A stretch of DNA of 64,000 nucleotides from an uncultured bacterium (GCA_965541615.1 CBEUCJ010000004.1:21167-85166), one strand, 5' to 3'; counted from the stretch's first letter, positions 30,455-40,206 are shown. The notes: generated by a model not told the origin, from the sequence alone. Numbers and translations: made by a program.

Positions 30455-31189
30455 ATGCAGGAATTTAAAAATAAGGTAGTAATTATTACTGGTGGAACAA
30501 GAGGAATAGGAAAAGAATTAGTAATAAAATTTTCACAACAAGGAGCAGATGTAATTTTTACTTATTTAAAAAATAAGAGTTTGGCAAATAAGATGAAAAA
30601 AGAATTTAAAAATGTTCTACCTATCCAAGCAGATGTAAAAAAATATGAAGATTGCAAAAAAGTAGTTGAGAAGGTTTTAAAAAAGTTTAAAAAAATAGAT
30701 ATTCTTGTAAATAATGCAGGAATAAGAAGAGATAAATCATTATTAATGATGGATTTAGAGGATTGGAGAGAAGTTTTAGATACAAATTTAAATGGTGTTT
30801 TTAATATGTGTAAAGCAAGCATAGTCTGGTTTATGAAGCAGAAGTTTGGTTGTATAATAAATATAAGTTCAGTAAGTGGAATAATGGGGTTAGTAGGACA
30901 AACAAATTACTCAGCTTCTAAAGCTGGAATTATTGGTTTTTCTAAAGCTTTAGCAAAAGAATTAGCCTCTTACAACATAAGAGTAAATGTAGTAGCTCCT
31001 GGGTTTATAGAAACAGATATGACCAAAGATTTAAGAGAAGAGTTTAAGAAAGAAATGGTTAAATTAATTCCTATGAAAAGATTTGGAACTCCTTCTGAAG
31101 TAGCTGAGCTATGTTTATTTTTAGCAAGTAATAAAGCAAGTTATATTACAGGAGAAATTATAAAAGTAGATGGAGGTTTGTGTATATAA
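30455..31189 (+). CDS. fabG: 3-oxoacyl-ACP reductase
   Basis: TGGTRGIG, NNAGI.RD, YSASK, PGFIETDMT. Confidence 0.93.
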   Translation: MQEFKNKVVIITGGTRGIGKELVIKFSQQGADVIFTYLKNKSLANKMKKEFKNVLPIQADVKKYEDCKKVVEKVLKKFKKIDILVNNAGIRRDKSLLMMDLEDWREVLDTNLNGVFNMCKASIVWFMKQKFGCIINISSVSGIMGLVGQTNYSASKAGIIGFSKALAKELASYNIRVNVVAPGFIETDMTKDLREEFKKEMVKLIPMKRFGTPSEVAELCLFLASNKASYITGEIIKVDGGLCI

Positions 31190-31204
31190 AAAAGGAGAAA
31201 AGTC

Positions 31205-31462
31205 GTGGGTAAAAGAAAAGAAGTAGGAGATATTAAAAAAGAGATAAAAAAAGTTGTTTCAGAGATTGTAGAGGTTCCAGAATCAGAATTAAAAGAAGAT
31301 GCAGATTTCCAGGATTTGGGTGTTGATTCTATGATGGCTTTGGAGATTGTAGCTACTATTGAGAAAAAATTTAAGATAGTCATTCCTGAAGAGGAAATTC
31401 CAAAGGCTACTAACTTAAAAAAGATTTACGAGTTAGTAGAAAGACTTAAAAAGAAAAAATAA
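31205..31462 (+). CDS. acyl carrier protein
   Basis: LGVDSMMALEI phosphopantetheinylation site. Confidence 0.92.
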   Translation: MGKRKEVGDIKKEIKKVVSEIVEVPESELKEDADFQDLGVDSMMALEIVATIEKKFKIVIPEEEIPKATNLKKIYELVERLKKKK

Positions 31463-31912
31463 GTGCAAGATATTAAAATAAAAAAAATTCTTCCTCACAG
31501 GTATCCTTTCATTTTTATAGACAAAGTAGAAGAGGTAGATTTAAAGAATAAAAAAATAATTTGCAAAAAGAAATTCAGCATCAGCGAGTATTTTTTCAAG
31601 GGTCATTTTCCACAGAATCCTGTCGCCCCAGGAGTTTTATTGATAGAAAGTATGGCTCAAAGTGCAATAATTTTATATGCAAGTATTTATCCTGAAATAG
31701 CTAAATTAAAACCAGATTATTATTTAGGAAAAGTATCTGCAAAGTTTTTGAATCCAGTTAAGATAGGAGATGTGCTAAAAATAGAAGTAAAAATGATCAA
31801 GTCTTTAAAAAATGCAGGTATTGTAGAAGCTGAATGTTTTGTTGAAGACAAAAAAGTATGTGAAGGTGTGTTAAGTTTTGGAGTAAAAGTAAATTCAACA
31901 TCAACTACTTAG
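31463..31912 (+). CDS. fabZ: 3-hydroxyacyl-ACP dehydratase FabZ family
   Basis: LPHRYPF, GHFP.NPV.PGVL.IESMAQ. Confidence 0.9.
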   Translation: MQDIKIKKILPHRYPFIFIDKVEEVDLKNKKIICKKKFSISEYFFKGHFPQNPVAPGVLLIESMAQSAIILYASIYPEIAKLKPDYYLGKVSAKFLNPVKIGDVLKIEVKMIKSLKNAGIVEAECFVEDKKVCEGVLSFGVKVNSTSTT

Positions 31913-31930
31913 CTAATTCTAATTTTTATT

Positions 31931-33151
31931 ATGAAAAGAAGGGTAGTAATTACAGGGTTAGGAGTAGTGAGTCCTATAGGGATTGGCAAAGAGGAATTCT
32001 GGAAAAATTTAATAAAAGGTAAAAGTGGAGTAAGAAAAATAACTCTGTTTGATACTTCTAAATTTAAAAGACATTATGCAGCAGAAGTTAAAAATTTTAA
32101 CCCTTCTCAATTCATAGATAAAAGAAAACTTAAATTTTTAGGGCGTTCATCTCAACTTTCAATCGTAGCTACAATTTTAGCTTTAAAAGATGCTAATATA
32201 AATTTCAAAGATGTAAATGGAGTATTAATAGGAACTACAATGGCTGAACATCAACAAGTAGAAGTGCTTTTGAAAGAGTGGTTTAAAGGAGATAAAAAAA
32301 TAGAGAAAAATAGAGTAGTTTTATCTCCTGCAAGTAATTTGAGTGCGAATACAGCTCAAAGTTTAAAAATAAAAGGTTTAAATATGCTTATTCCCACAGC
32401 TTGCTCAGCTGGAAATTATACTATTAGTTATGGATTTGATTTAATTAAAAAAGGTGATGCTGATTGCATAATAGTAGGAGGAGCTGATGCTTTGTCATTC
32501 ATTGCTTTTTCAGGATTTCAAAGATTATACGCAATGGCTCCTAAAGTCTGTCAGCCTTTTGATAAGAATAGAAAAGGTATGATATTAGGAGAAGGAGCAG
32601 GAGTTTTGGTTTTAGAATCTTTAGAGAAAGCTTTAAAAAGGAAAGCAAAAATTTATGCAGAAATTTTAGGGTATGGGTTATCTTGTGATGCTTATCATAT
32701 GACGATCCCTCATTATAAAGGAATAGAAAAAGCAATAAAAAAAGCTTTAGATTCAGCAAATGTTAGTCCTGAGGACATAGATTACATATGTGCCCATGGA
32801 ACAGGAACTATTCAAAATGATAAAGCTGAATGCAAAGCTATAAAAAATGTGTTTGGCAGAAGATATAAAAAGATTCCTGTGAGTTCTATAAAATCTATGA
32901 TTGGACATTGTATGGGAGCAGCATCTAGTATAGAAGCAGTAGCTTGTTGTTTGGCAATTGAAAATGGAGTTATCCCCCCTACCATCAATTTCCAAACACC
33001 TGATCCTGAATGTGATATAGATTGCGTTCCTAACAAATCAAGAAAAGCAAATTTAAGAATAGTCCTAAACAATGGATTTGCTTTTGGTGGAAATAATTGT
33101 TGTGTGGTTTTAGGAAAAGTCAATGATCAAACTTATAAATTGCATCATTAA
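31931..33151 (+). CDS. beta-ketoacyl-ACP synthase (FabF-like, active)
   Basis: TACSAG, AHGTGT, GHCMGA Cys-His-His triad. Confidence 0.93.
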   Translation: MKRRVVITGLGVVSPIGIGKEEFWKNLIKGKSGVRKITLFDTSKFKRHYAAEVKNFNPSQFIDKRKLKFLGRSSQLSIVATILALKDANINFKDVNGVLIGTTMAEHQQVEVLLKEWFKGDKKIEKNRVVLSPASNLSANTAQSLKIKGLNMLIPTACSAGNYTISYGFDLIKKGDADCIIVGGADALSFIAFSGFQRLYAMAPKVCQPFDKNRKGMILGEGAGVLVLESLEKALKRKAKIYAEILGYGLSCDAYHMTIPHYKGIEKAIKKALDSANVSPEDIDYICAHGTGTIQNDKAECKAIKNVFGRRYKKIPVSSIKSMIGHCMGAASSIEAVACCLAIENGVIPPTINFQTPDPECDIDCVPNKSRKANLRIVLNNGFAFGGNNCCVVLGKVNDQTYKLHH

Positions 33152-33248
33152 GAAAAATAAAAAATAAGTAGTTCCTCGCATTTTTTAAAAATTTTTACTT
33201 TTAAATTTCTTTAAAAAACTTTTTAAATGAATACAGAAATCAGAGCTG

Positions 33249-33257
33249 TGATATAAT
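33249..33257 (+). promoter_or_regulatory. extended -10 promoter element
   Basis: TGaTATAAT 10 nt before ATG 33268; no SD. Confidence 0.45.
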
Positions 33258-33267
33258 AATATAAAAA

Positions 33268-34380
33268 ATGGAAGAAAATAAAGTAGCCCTCCTTACAGGT
33301 TCTACAGGATTTTTAGGAAGTTTTTTAGCAAAAGAATTACTTGATAAAAATTATTTTCTTTATCTATTGGCTCGCCCTAAGAAAAATAAATCTGCATTTG
33401 AAAGAGTGATAGAAAGTTTGAAATTTGTTTATGAAGATGAATGGACTGATAAATTGTTATCTCGAATAAAAGTAATTTCAGGTGATATTACACAAGATAA
33501 TCTTGGGATTCATTCTAAAAAAGAAATAGAGGAACTCATTAAAGAGGTAGAGATTATATTTCATTCTGCTGCTTTAGCTGAGTTAAGGGTTCCTTTAGAG
33601 AAAATTAGAAAAATAAATGTGGAGGGAACAAGAAATATATTAAAGTTCGCTTTAAAATGTAAAGAAAAAGGGAGATTAAAAAAGGTAAATCATATAAGTA
33701 CAGCTTATGTAGTAGGTAAAAAAATAACTAATTTTAGTGAAGATATGTTAGATTTGGGTCAAGAATTTAATAATACATATGAGCAATCCAAATTTGAAGC
33801 AGAGCTTTTAATAAATGAATTTAGAGAAAAAGGTTTAAAGATTTCTATTTTTAGACCAAGTATGATAATGGGAGATTCCAAAACTGGAAAGACAAATAAA
33901 TTTAAAATATTTTATCAACTATTACATGCTTTTTCTTTAGAAATCTATAAAAAATTTCCAGCAAATTTAAAATCTACACAGAATCTAATAAATATAGATA
34001 CTGTAGCAAAAGCTGTAAGTATTTTAGGCGAAATAGAAGAAAATTCCACTTATCATATTGTGAGTCCAGAAGATACTTCTGTTGAATTTTTTATGAAATT
34101 AGTTTCAGATTATTTTGGATTTAAATTGCCAGAATTTATTCCTGTGGAAGAATTTAATTTTGACGAATGGAGTCCTGTTCAAAAAGCGTTGGCTGAGCCT
34201 TACATTCCTTATTTTAATTTTAAAACAAAATTTTTATCACAGAAAACTCAGCAGGCTCTTAAAAAATATAATTTTATTTATCCTAAGATTGATAAGAATA
34301 ATTTTTTTAATATTTTTGAATACTGGCATAAAAAAAGTTTCGTCAGGAAAAGCTTACATGGACCTCTTGCAATTAATTAG
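33268..34380 (+). CDS. stand-alone thioester/fatty acyl reductase (NAD_binding_4 SDR)
   Basis: TGSTGFLG, HSAA, NVEGT, HISTAYV, YEQSK, RPS. Confidence 0.88.
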   Translation: MEENKVALLTGSTGFLGSFLAKELLDKNYFLYLLARPKKNKSAFERVIESLKFVYEDEWTDKLLSRIKVISGDITQDNLGIHSKKEIEELIKEVEIIFHSAALAELRVPLEKIRKINVEGTRNILKFALKCKEKGRLKKVNHISTAYVVGKKITNFSEDMLDLGQEFNNTYEQSKFEAELLINEFREKGLKISIFRPSMIMGDSKTGKTNKFKIFYQLLHAFSLEIYKKFPANLKSTQNLINIDTVAKAVSILGEIEENSTYHIVSPEDTSVEFFMKLVSDYFGFKLPEFIPVEEFNFDEWSPVQKALAEPYIPYFNFKTKFLSQKTQQALKKYNFIYPKIDKNNFFNIFEYWHKKSFVRKSLHGPLAIN

Positions 34381-34941
34381 GTATCGTAGAACCATAAGAA
34401 AATATAAAGATAAATCACTTTCAAAAAAAATAATAAAAAGGATTATTATAGCTGGAAAATGGGCTCCTTCTCCTCATAATTCTCAACCATGGTTATTTGT
34501 GATAATAAGGAATGATAAGCTTAAGGAGGAACTTTTAAATTTGTTAAATAGATCTTCAAAAGAATTTTTGGTAGGCGTTAGAGTATTATTCAAGAATACT
34601 ATACAAATAATAAAAGAAGCTCCACTTATAATTTTAGTATACAATACAAAATCTCTCTCTCAAAAAGTTAAAAAATTAGGGAACCTTATTTTTCTAATGC
34701 TTATATTTCAGAAATACAAGGAATATCTTCTGCCATACAAAATATGTATTTGATGGCTACTTCTTTAGGCATAGGTATGGCTTGGTTGATGTTCCCATTG
34801 TTGGTTAAGGGAAAGATCAATAGATTACTTAAGATAAAAAAATATGAATTAGTTGCAATTTTAACATTAGGTTATCCTGCTGAAAGAGGAAAACGTTTAA
34901 AAAGGAAATCTTTATCTGAAATAGTAAAATTTATAGAATGA
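34358..34941 (+). pseudogene. nitroreductase family protein, frameshifted near 34680
   Basis: RRTIRKY, APSPHNSQPW in one frame; AIQNMYLMATSLGIG..W, LGYP in another; one base missing. Confidence 0.8.
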
Positions 34942-34956
34942 GAAAAATAGAACTCT

Positions 34957-35135
34957 ATGCAAGAAAGCACGATGCAATAATAAATAATAAATTGAAATGA
35001 AGATTAGAAGTTTAGTTGATGAATGTTATTTAGCAGAGACAGAATTGAAGGGTTCTTGATTGTTGAAAGAATGATAAGCTAGGAGGATAGTGGCACTTCT
35101 TTTGAAAGAGATGGATGTAAGGTTTATTGTAGAAG
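34957..35135 (+). pseudogene. decayed copy of the 5' end of the CrtI-like gene at 36613
   Basis: Collinear nucleotide similarity, e.g. tgattgttga..aatgataagc.aggaggata..acttcttttgaaagagatgg shared with about 36704-36761. Confidence 0.75.
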
Positions 35136-35170
35136 ATTTATTAATCGTGTAAGACAAAAATAATTTGCTT

Positions 35171-36460
35171 ATGGAATTTGATTATATTATTGTAGGAGCT
35201 GGTTTAAGCGGATTAAATTTAGCAAAAGAGTTAGTAAATAGAAAAAAGAAGGTTCTAATATTAGAGAAGGGACAATTCTTAAATAGAGTAGGTAGAATTT
35301 TTTACGCAGCAGCTTTTTATGATAAATGTGCTCTGGCAAAAAGTAAAGAAGGAGTTCTTATTTATAGAGTCTTTGGTGTAGGAGGAACTAGTATAGTAAG
35401 TTGTGCCAATGCTGTAGAGCCCTCTCAGGATATAAAAGAAAAGTTTAAAAAGTTTGGTATAGAGTTTGAAAAAGAGATAAAGGAAGTGAAGAGAGAATAC
35501 CAAGTAAGTGTTAAAAATTTACCGGTAGGAAAAGTTTCTTTAAAGATCATGGAGATTGCTAACAAATTAGGATATGAAACGAAAATTATGCCTAAATTCG
35601 GTGCTTCAGGAGAGTGCAGATTATGTGGGAGATGTGTTTTGGGATGTAGATGGGGGGTAAAGTGGACAGCGTTAAAATTTTTAGAGGATATAGATGAGAA
35701 GAATTTTAAAATAGTTACTAATTTCAATGTTAAAAAGATAATTATCTCCAATGGGAAAGCAAAGGGGGTGGAAGGAAGCTATTTAAAGATAAGAAAAAAG
35801 AAGTTTTATGCTGATAGAATAATTCTAGCTGCAGGAGGAATAGGAACACCTGTTATATTGCAAAATTCAGGAATTGAGGCAGGTAATAACTTATTTGTGG
35901 ATTACTTTAATGTAACTTATGGAATTCATCCTTCGCTTACTCAGAAAAAGGAGCCATGTATGTCTGTGATATGTGATAAGTTCCATCAAAATGAAGGATT
36001 TATATTATCTCCTTTTGTGGATAATTTTGTAGGTTTTCTTTCGTCTGTAAAAAAGAAATATTTTTTTAGAGTTTTTAAACTGAATCAAATTTTAGGAATT
36101 ATGACTAAGATTAAGGATGAAGAAAATGGTAAAGTTTTTAAAAATGGAGTAATAAAAAAGGAGCCTACTCAAAGAGATTTAGAAAAGTTGGAAAAGGGCA
36201 GTAAAATTGCTAAAGAAATTTTGATTAAATGTGGAGTAATTCCTCATAGTATAATTGTAACCAAACCCCGTGGTGCTCATCCTGGAGGAACTGCAAGAAT
36301 AGGTGAAGTAGTTAACAATAAATTGGAGACACAAATAAAAAATTTATTTGTATGTGACGCAAGTGTTTTGCCAACATCTTTAGGGATTCCCCCAATGCTA
36401 ACATTAATTGCTTTAGGAAAATGGTTTGTGAAAAATGTTTTAATAGAGGGAGTTAAATGA
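35171..36460 (+). CDS. GMC family oxidoreductase with Cys cluster
   Basis: GAGLSG, VGGTS, CRLCGRCVLGC, AAGGIGTP, HPGGT, VCDAS..P, PPMLT. Confidence 0.88.
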   Translation: MEFDYIIVGAGLSGLNLAKELVNRKKKVLILEKGQFLNRVGRIFYAAAFYDKCALAKSKEGVLIYRVFGVGGTSIVSCANAVEPSQDIKEKFKKFGIEFEKEIKEVKREYQVSVKNLPVGKVSLKIMEIANKLGYETKIMPKFGASGECRLCGRCVLGCRWGVKWTALKFLEDIDEKNFKIVTNFNVKKIIISNGKAKGVEGSYLKIRKKKFYADRIILAAGGIGTPVILQNSGIEAGNNLFVDYFNVTYGIHPSLTQKKEPCMSVICDKFHQNEGFILSPFVDNFVGFLSSVKKKYFFRVFKLNQILGIMTKIKDEENGKVFKNGVIKKEPTQRDLEKLEKGSKIAKEILIKCGVIPHSIIVTKPRGAHPGGTARIGEVVNNKLETQIKNLFVCDASVLPTSLGIPPMLTLIALGKWFVKNVLIEGVK

Positions 36461-36612
36461 GTTTTCTAAAAACACTAATATTTAATGTGGAAGACTTTAA
36501 GAAAGTATAAAATAGACAAGTTTCAAAATTAGATATTTTGCGAAAAAGAATGTTAGAAAAGTAAAATAATAAAAAAAGTGGTGAGGTAAAATTTGTATAT
36601 TATAAAAAACAC

Positions 36613-38052
36613 ATGCAAAAGAAATACGATGTAGTAATAATTGGAGCAGGAATTGGAGGTTTGGTTTGTGGATGCTATTTGGCAAAGGCAGGATTGAAGG
36701 TTTTGATTGTTGAGAAAAATGATAAGCCAGGAGGATATTGTACTTCTTTTGAAAGAGATGGGTATAGATTTGATGTGGGAGTGCATTATTTGGGAGGTAT
36801 AAAGAGAGGAACGTTAGGAAGAATTTTAGAAGAATTAGAAGTAAAGGATAATATAAAGTTTCGCCAGTTTGATCCTACAGATAAGATAGTTATGCCTGAG
36901 AATATAACTTATATAAGAGCGAACCCTTATGATACTATCAAAGAATTTAAAAAAAGTTTTCCTAATGAGAGAAAGAATATTGAAAGATTTTTTAAATTTG
37001 TGATGCAGAGGAATTTTTTAGAGATTTATAAAAAAATAAGAAAATTAACTTTTAAACAGATTTTAGATGCATTTTTCAACGATTATAAACTGAAAGGAGC
37101 ATTGAATGTATTATTAGGAAACATTGGAGTTCATGCAAGTATAGCTCCAGCTTTAAGTGGAGTGATTTTGTATAGAGAGTTTATTCTTGATCCAGGCTAT
37201 TATCCTGAAGGAGGGATGCAAAGTTTTTCTGATGCACTGGCTAAGAAATTTAAAGAGTACGGAGGAGAAATAATGTTTTCTGAAGAAGTGAAAAGGATTT
37301 TAGTGAAAAAGAAAAAAGTAGATAAAATTCTATTAAAGGGAAATAAGGAGATCTGTGGTAAAATAGTAATTTCTAATAATGATCCAAGACAAACCTTCTG
37401 TAGATTAATAAATATAAAGACTAAAGAATCTTATATTGTAAAGAAATTGCAATTAAGCCCTTCTATTTTTGGAATATATTTAGGAATAAATTTCAACCGA
37501 AAGAATGAGGTAAAAACATATCCCTGTGTGTGGATTTCTAGGATTTATGATTTAAATACCTCCTTTGTTCCTTCTATAGAAAGAATTGTAAAAGGTAAGT
37601 TTCTTTTATCAATGTTTACATTTTTCCCTATTTTACAAACCAAAGTTTCTATTGAAATATTTACATTAGTTCCTTTTGTTTCACATAGTTTTTGGAAGAA
37701 TCCACCAATGAGATTAGTAGAAGAGTTGATAAAAGCTGCCCAAAGAGAATTCGGTTTTAAAAAAAACAACTTAGAGATAAAGGAAATAGCTACTCCTGTA
37801 ACTTTTGAAAAATTCACTTCAAATACTCAAGGAGTAGCTTTTGGTTGGAAATCTACATTAAACCAAATAAAACTTTCTACATTTCCTTTAGAGACTTCTA
37901 TTAGAGGACTTTTTATAGCAAGTCAATGGGGGACTGTGGGGAGTGGACAAGGAGGGATTCCTAAAGTAGCTTTTTGTGGAAGAAAAACAGCTTATTTGGT
38001 ACTAAGTAAGTTAAAGAAAGAATGGCCATATTCTACACATTTGATAATGTAA
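36613..38052 (+). CDS. phytoene desaturase (CrtI)-like FAD/NAD(P) oxidoreductase
   Basis: GAGIGGL, PGGYC.SF.RDGY.FDVG, YPEGGMQ, ATPVTF, GGIP. Confidence 0.88.
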   Translation: MQKKYDVVIIGAGIGGLVCGCYLAKAGLKVLIVEKNDKPGGYCTSFERDGYRFDVGVHYLGGIKRGTLGRILEELEVKDNIKFRQFDPTDKIVMPENITYIRANPYDTIKEFKKSFPNERKNIERFFKFVMQRNFLEIYKKIRKLTFKQILDAFFNDYKLKGALNVLLGNIGVHASIAPALSGVILYREFILDPGYYPEGGMQSFSDALAKKFKEYGGEIMFSEEVKRILVKKKKVDKILLKGNKEICGKIVISNNDPRQTFCRLINIKTKESYIVKKLQLSPSIFGIYLGINFNRKNEVKTYPCVWISRIYDLNTSFVPSIERIVKGKFLLSMFTFFPILQTKVSIEIFTLVPFVSHSFWKNPPMRLVEELIKAAQREFGFKKNNLEIKEIATPVTFEKFTSNTQGVAFGWKSTLNQIKLSTFPLETSIRGLFIASQWGTVGSGQGGIPKVAFCGRKTAYLVLSKLKKEWPYSTHLIM

Positions 38053-40206
38053 ATGATGAGTCTAAATTTATTTAGTATTTCTTCTTTTCTAATTTTCATT
38101 TTTAGTATTTCTTTGGGTATTTTTACTTTTTTAAAGAATAGAGAAAGAATAGGAAAAATATGGATTTCTTTTTGTTTTCTTGCTTCTATTTGGGGGTTTG
38201 GGGGATACAAGTTCTCTACGGTTTCTAACTACGACGATGCTTTTTTTTGGTGGCAGGTTGCATATATATGTGTAATTCTCTCTCCTGTGGTGTACACTCA
38301 TTTTGTATTTGTTTTTCTTGAAATAAAGAAGAAGTTTTTTTTGTGTTGTTTTTATATCTTAGCAGGAATATTTTTAGGACTTAATTTTTTTGCTCCTAAA
38401 CTTTTCTTAGGAGATTTAAGGTTCATATTTAATCAATTTTGGTGGCATGATTGGGTTAAGAGAAAAAATGTAGTATGGTTAATTTTTTATTTTTGTTTTT
38501 ACTGGTATCTTTTGGTATATTGCTTTTTTCTATTGATAAAATATTATAAGAGAACTTCTGGTGTAAAAAAGTTTCAGTTAAAATATTTTATATTAGCTTC
38601 AGTTTTTGGGTGGATAGGTCCAATTGTAGATTATCTTCCCGTTTTTCGGATCGATATTTATCCTTATGCTAATTTTTTAACAATTCTTTATCCCTTTCTT
38701 ATTACGTATGCCGTTGTCAAGTATCGTCTTATGGACATTCGCATTACGATTACTCAAACAGGCATTTTTGGTTTAGTTTATGCTTTGATATTGGCTATCC
38801 CTTTTGCAATAACTTTCTGGGGAAGAGGACATTTATATCCTTATTTTGGAGAATTCTGGTGGGTGCCTTCATTTATACTTTTAGCAGTTTTAGCTTCTAC
38901 AGGTCCTTTTATTTATATGTATTTACAAAAGAAAGCAACAGATTTTTTATTAAGAGAAGAGAGGAAGTATCAAGAGGCGCTTTTGGCTTTGGCAAAAGAA
39001 ATGGTGAATGAGAAAGATTTAGATAGATTATTGAGGATTATAGTTTTAAGAGTTTACAGATTAATGAAGTTAAAATTTACAGGAGTCTATTTATGTGAAA
39101 AAGAAGATAGTTTTGCTGTTTTGAAATATAAATGGCCTAAAAAAGAAAATCCATTGCCCCAAAGACTTCACTTACACACATCTTCTCTAATAAAAGCTAT
39201 TAAGGAAAAGAAATCTCCTTTTGGTTTAGATGAAGCAGAAGTCGATAAAGAATCAGAAGGTTTACCTGATTACGGAGCAATAATTCCTTCTTTTATGGAT
39301 GATACCTTAATTGGTTTTTTATTTTTAGGTCCTAAAAAGAAAGGAGATTTTTCGCCAAGAGACTATGAAGTATTTGAGACTTTAAGTTTACAAGCAGCTT
39401 TAGCTATTGAGAATGCTTTATATTTAGAAGAGTACAAAAAGACTCAAGAAGCTTTGTTTCAAGCTGAAAAATTAGCAAATATAGGTGTGATGGCTTCAGG
39501 GATGAGTCATCAGATGAATAACAGATTGCAGGTCATAAGTCTAATAGCAGGAGATATAAAAGATGAGATAAATTTCTTAAAGGAAACCGACCCTGAAACT
39601 CTAAAAACTTTCATTGCTCATGTAAAAGAAAATATGGAAAGATTAGAAGAAGAGATAAAGCATGGAAGAGAAGTGATAAGAGGTCTTTTAGATTATTCAA
39701 AGAAAAGACAGATAAGGTTTATGCTTGTAAATTTTGAAAAGGACATCTTGCAAGATGCTTTAAAACTTTTGTATACCAAGCAAAAAATAGAAGATGCAGA
39801 ACTCAACTTTGAGATTCAAAAAGATTTACCTTCTATTTGGGCAGAACCTACTCAGATGGCAGAAGTCGTGTTTAACTTATTAGACAACGCTTACGAAGCT
39901 GTAATTATGAAAAAGAATCATCTAAATGATTCAAATTTTAAAGGGAGAATAACATTGAAAGCCTACAGTATAAATGAATTTTTTAGAATAGATGTAGAGG
40001 ACAATGGAATAGGAATTAAAGAAGAAGATAAAAAGAAAATTTTTATCCCCTTTTTCACAACAAAATCTTCTACAAAATCAGGTTTTGGATTAGGTATGTA
40101 TGTAGTAAAGAGGATAATAGAATCTCATAAAGGTAAAATCTGGTTTGAATCTAAATATTTAGAAGGAACCAAATTCCATATAGAACTCCCCTTACCTCAA
40201 TTTTAA
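38053..40206 (+). CDS. sensor histidine kinase: 7TM N-terminus plus GAF, HisKA and HATPase
   Basis: Multiple TM helices ending in YAVVKYRLMDI; QAALAIENA; SHQMNN H-box; NLLDNA, DNGIG, FFTTK, GFGLG. Confidence 0.92.
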   Translation: MMSLNLFSISSFLIFIFSISLGIFTFLKNRERIGKIWISFCFLASIWGFGGYKFSTVSNYDDAFFWWQVAYICVILSPVVYTHFVFVFLEIKKKFFLCCFYILAGIFLGLNFFAPKLFLGDLRFIFNQFWWHDWVKRKNVVWLIFYFCFYWYLLVYCFFLLIKYYKRTSGVKKFQLKYFILASVFGWIGPIVDYLPVFRIDIYPYANFLTILYPFLITYAVVKYRLMDIRITITQTGIFGLVYALILAIPFAITFWGRGHLYPYFGEFWWVPSFILLAVLASTGPFIYMYLQKKATDFLLREERKYQEALLALAKEMVNEKDLDRLLRIIVLRVYRLMKLKFTGVYLCEKEDSFAVLKYKWPKKENPLPQRLHLHTSSLIKAIKEKKSPFGLDEAEVDKESEGLPDYGAIIPSFMDDTLIGFLFLGPKKKGDFSPRDYEVFETLSLQAALAIENALYLEEYKKTQEALFQAEKLANIGVMASGMSHQMNNRLQVISLIAGDIKDEINFLKETDPETLKTFIAHVKENMERLEEEIKHGREVIRGLLDYSKKRQIRFMLVNFEKDILQDALKLLYTKQKIEDAELNFEIQKDLPSIWAEPTQMAEVVFNLLDNAYEAVIMKKNHLNDSNFKGRITLKAYSINEFFRIDVEDNGIGIKEEDKKKIFIPFFTTKSSTKSGFGLGMYVVKRIIESHKGKIWFESKYLEGTKFHIELPLPQF

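Noticed and set aside
36613-38052. Carotenoid biosynthesis
   Set aside because: No crtB or crtE; the context is ACP-based
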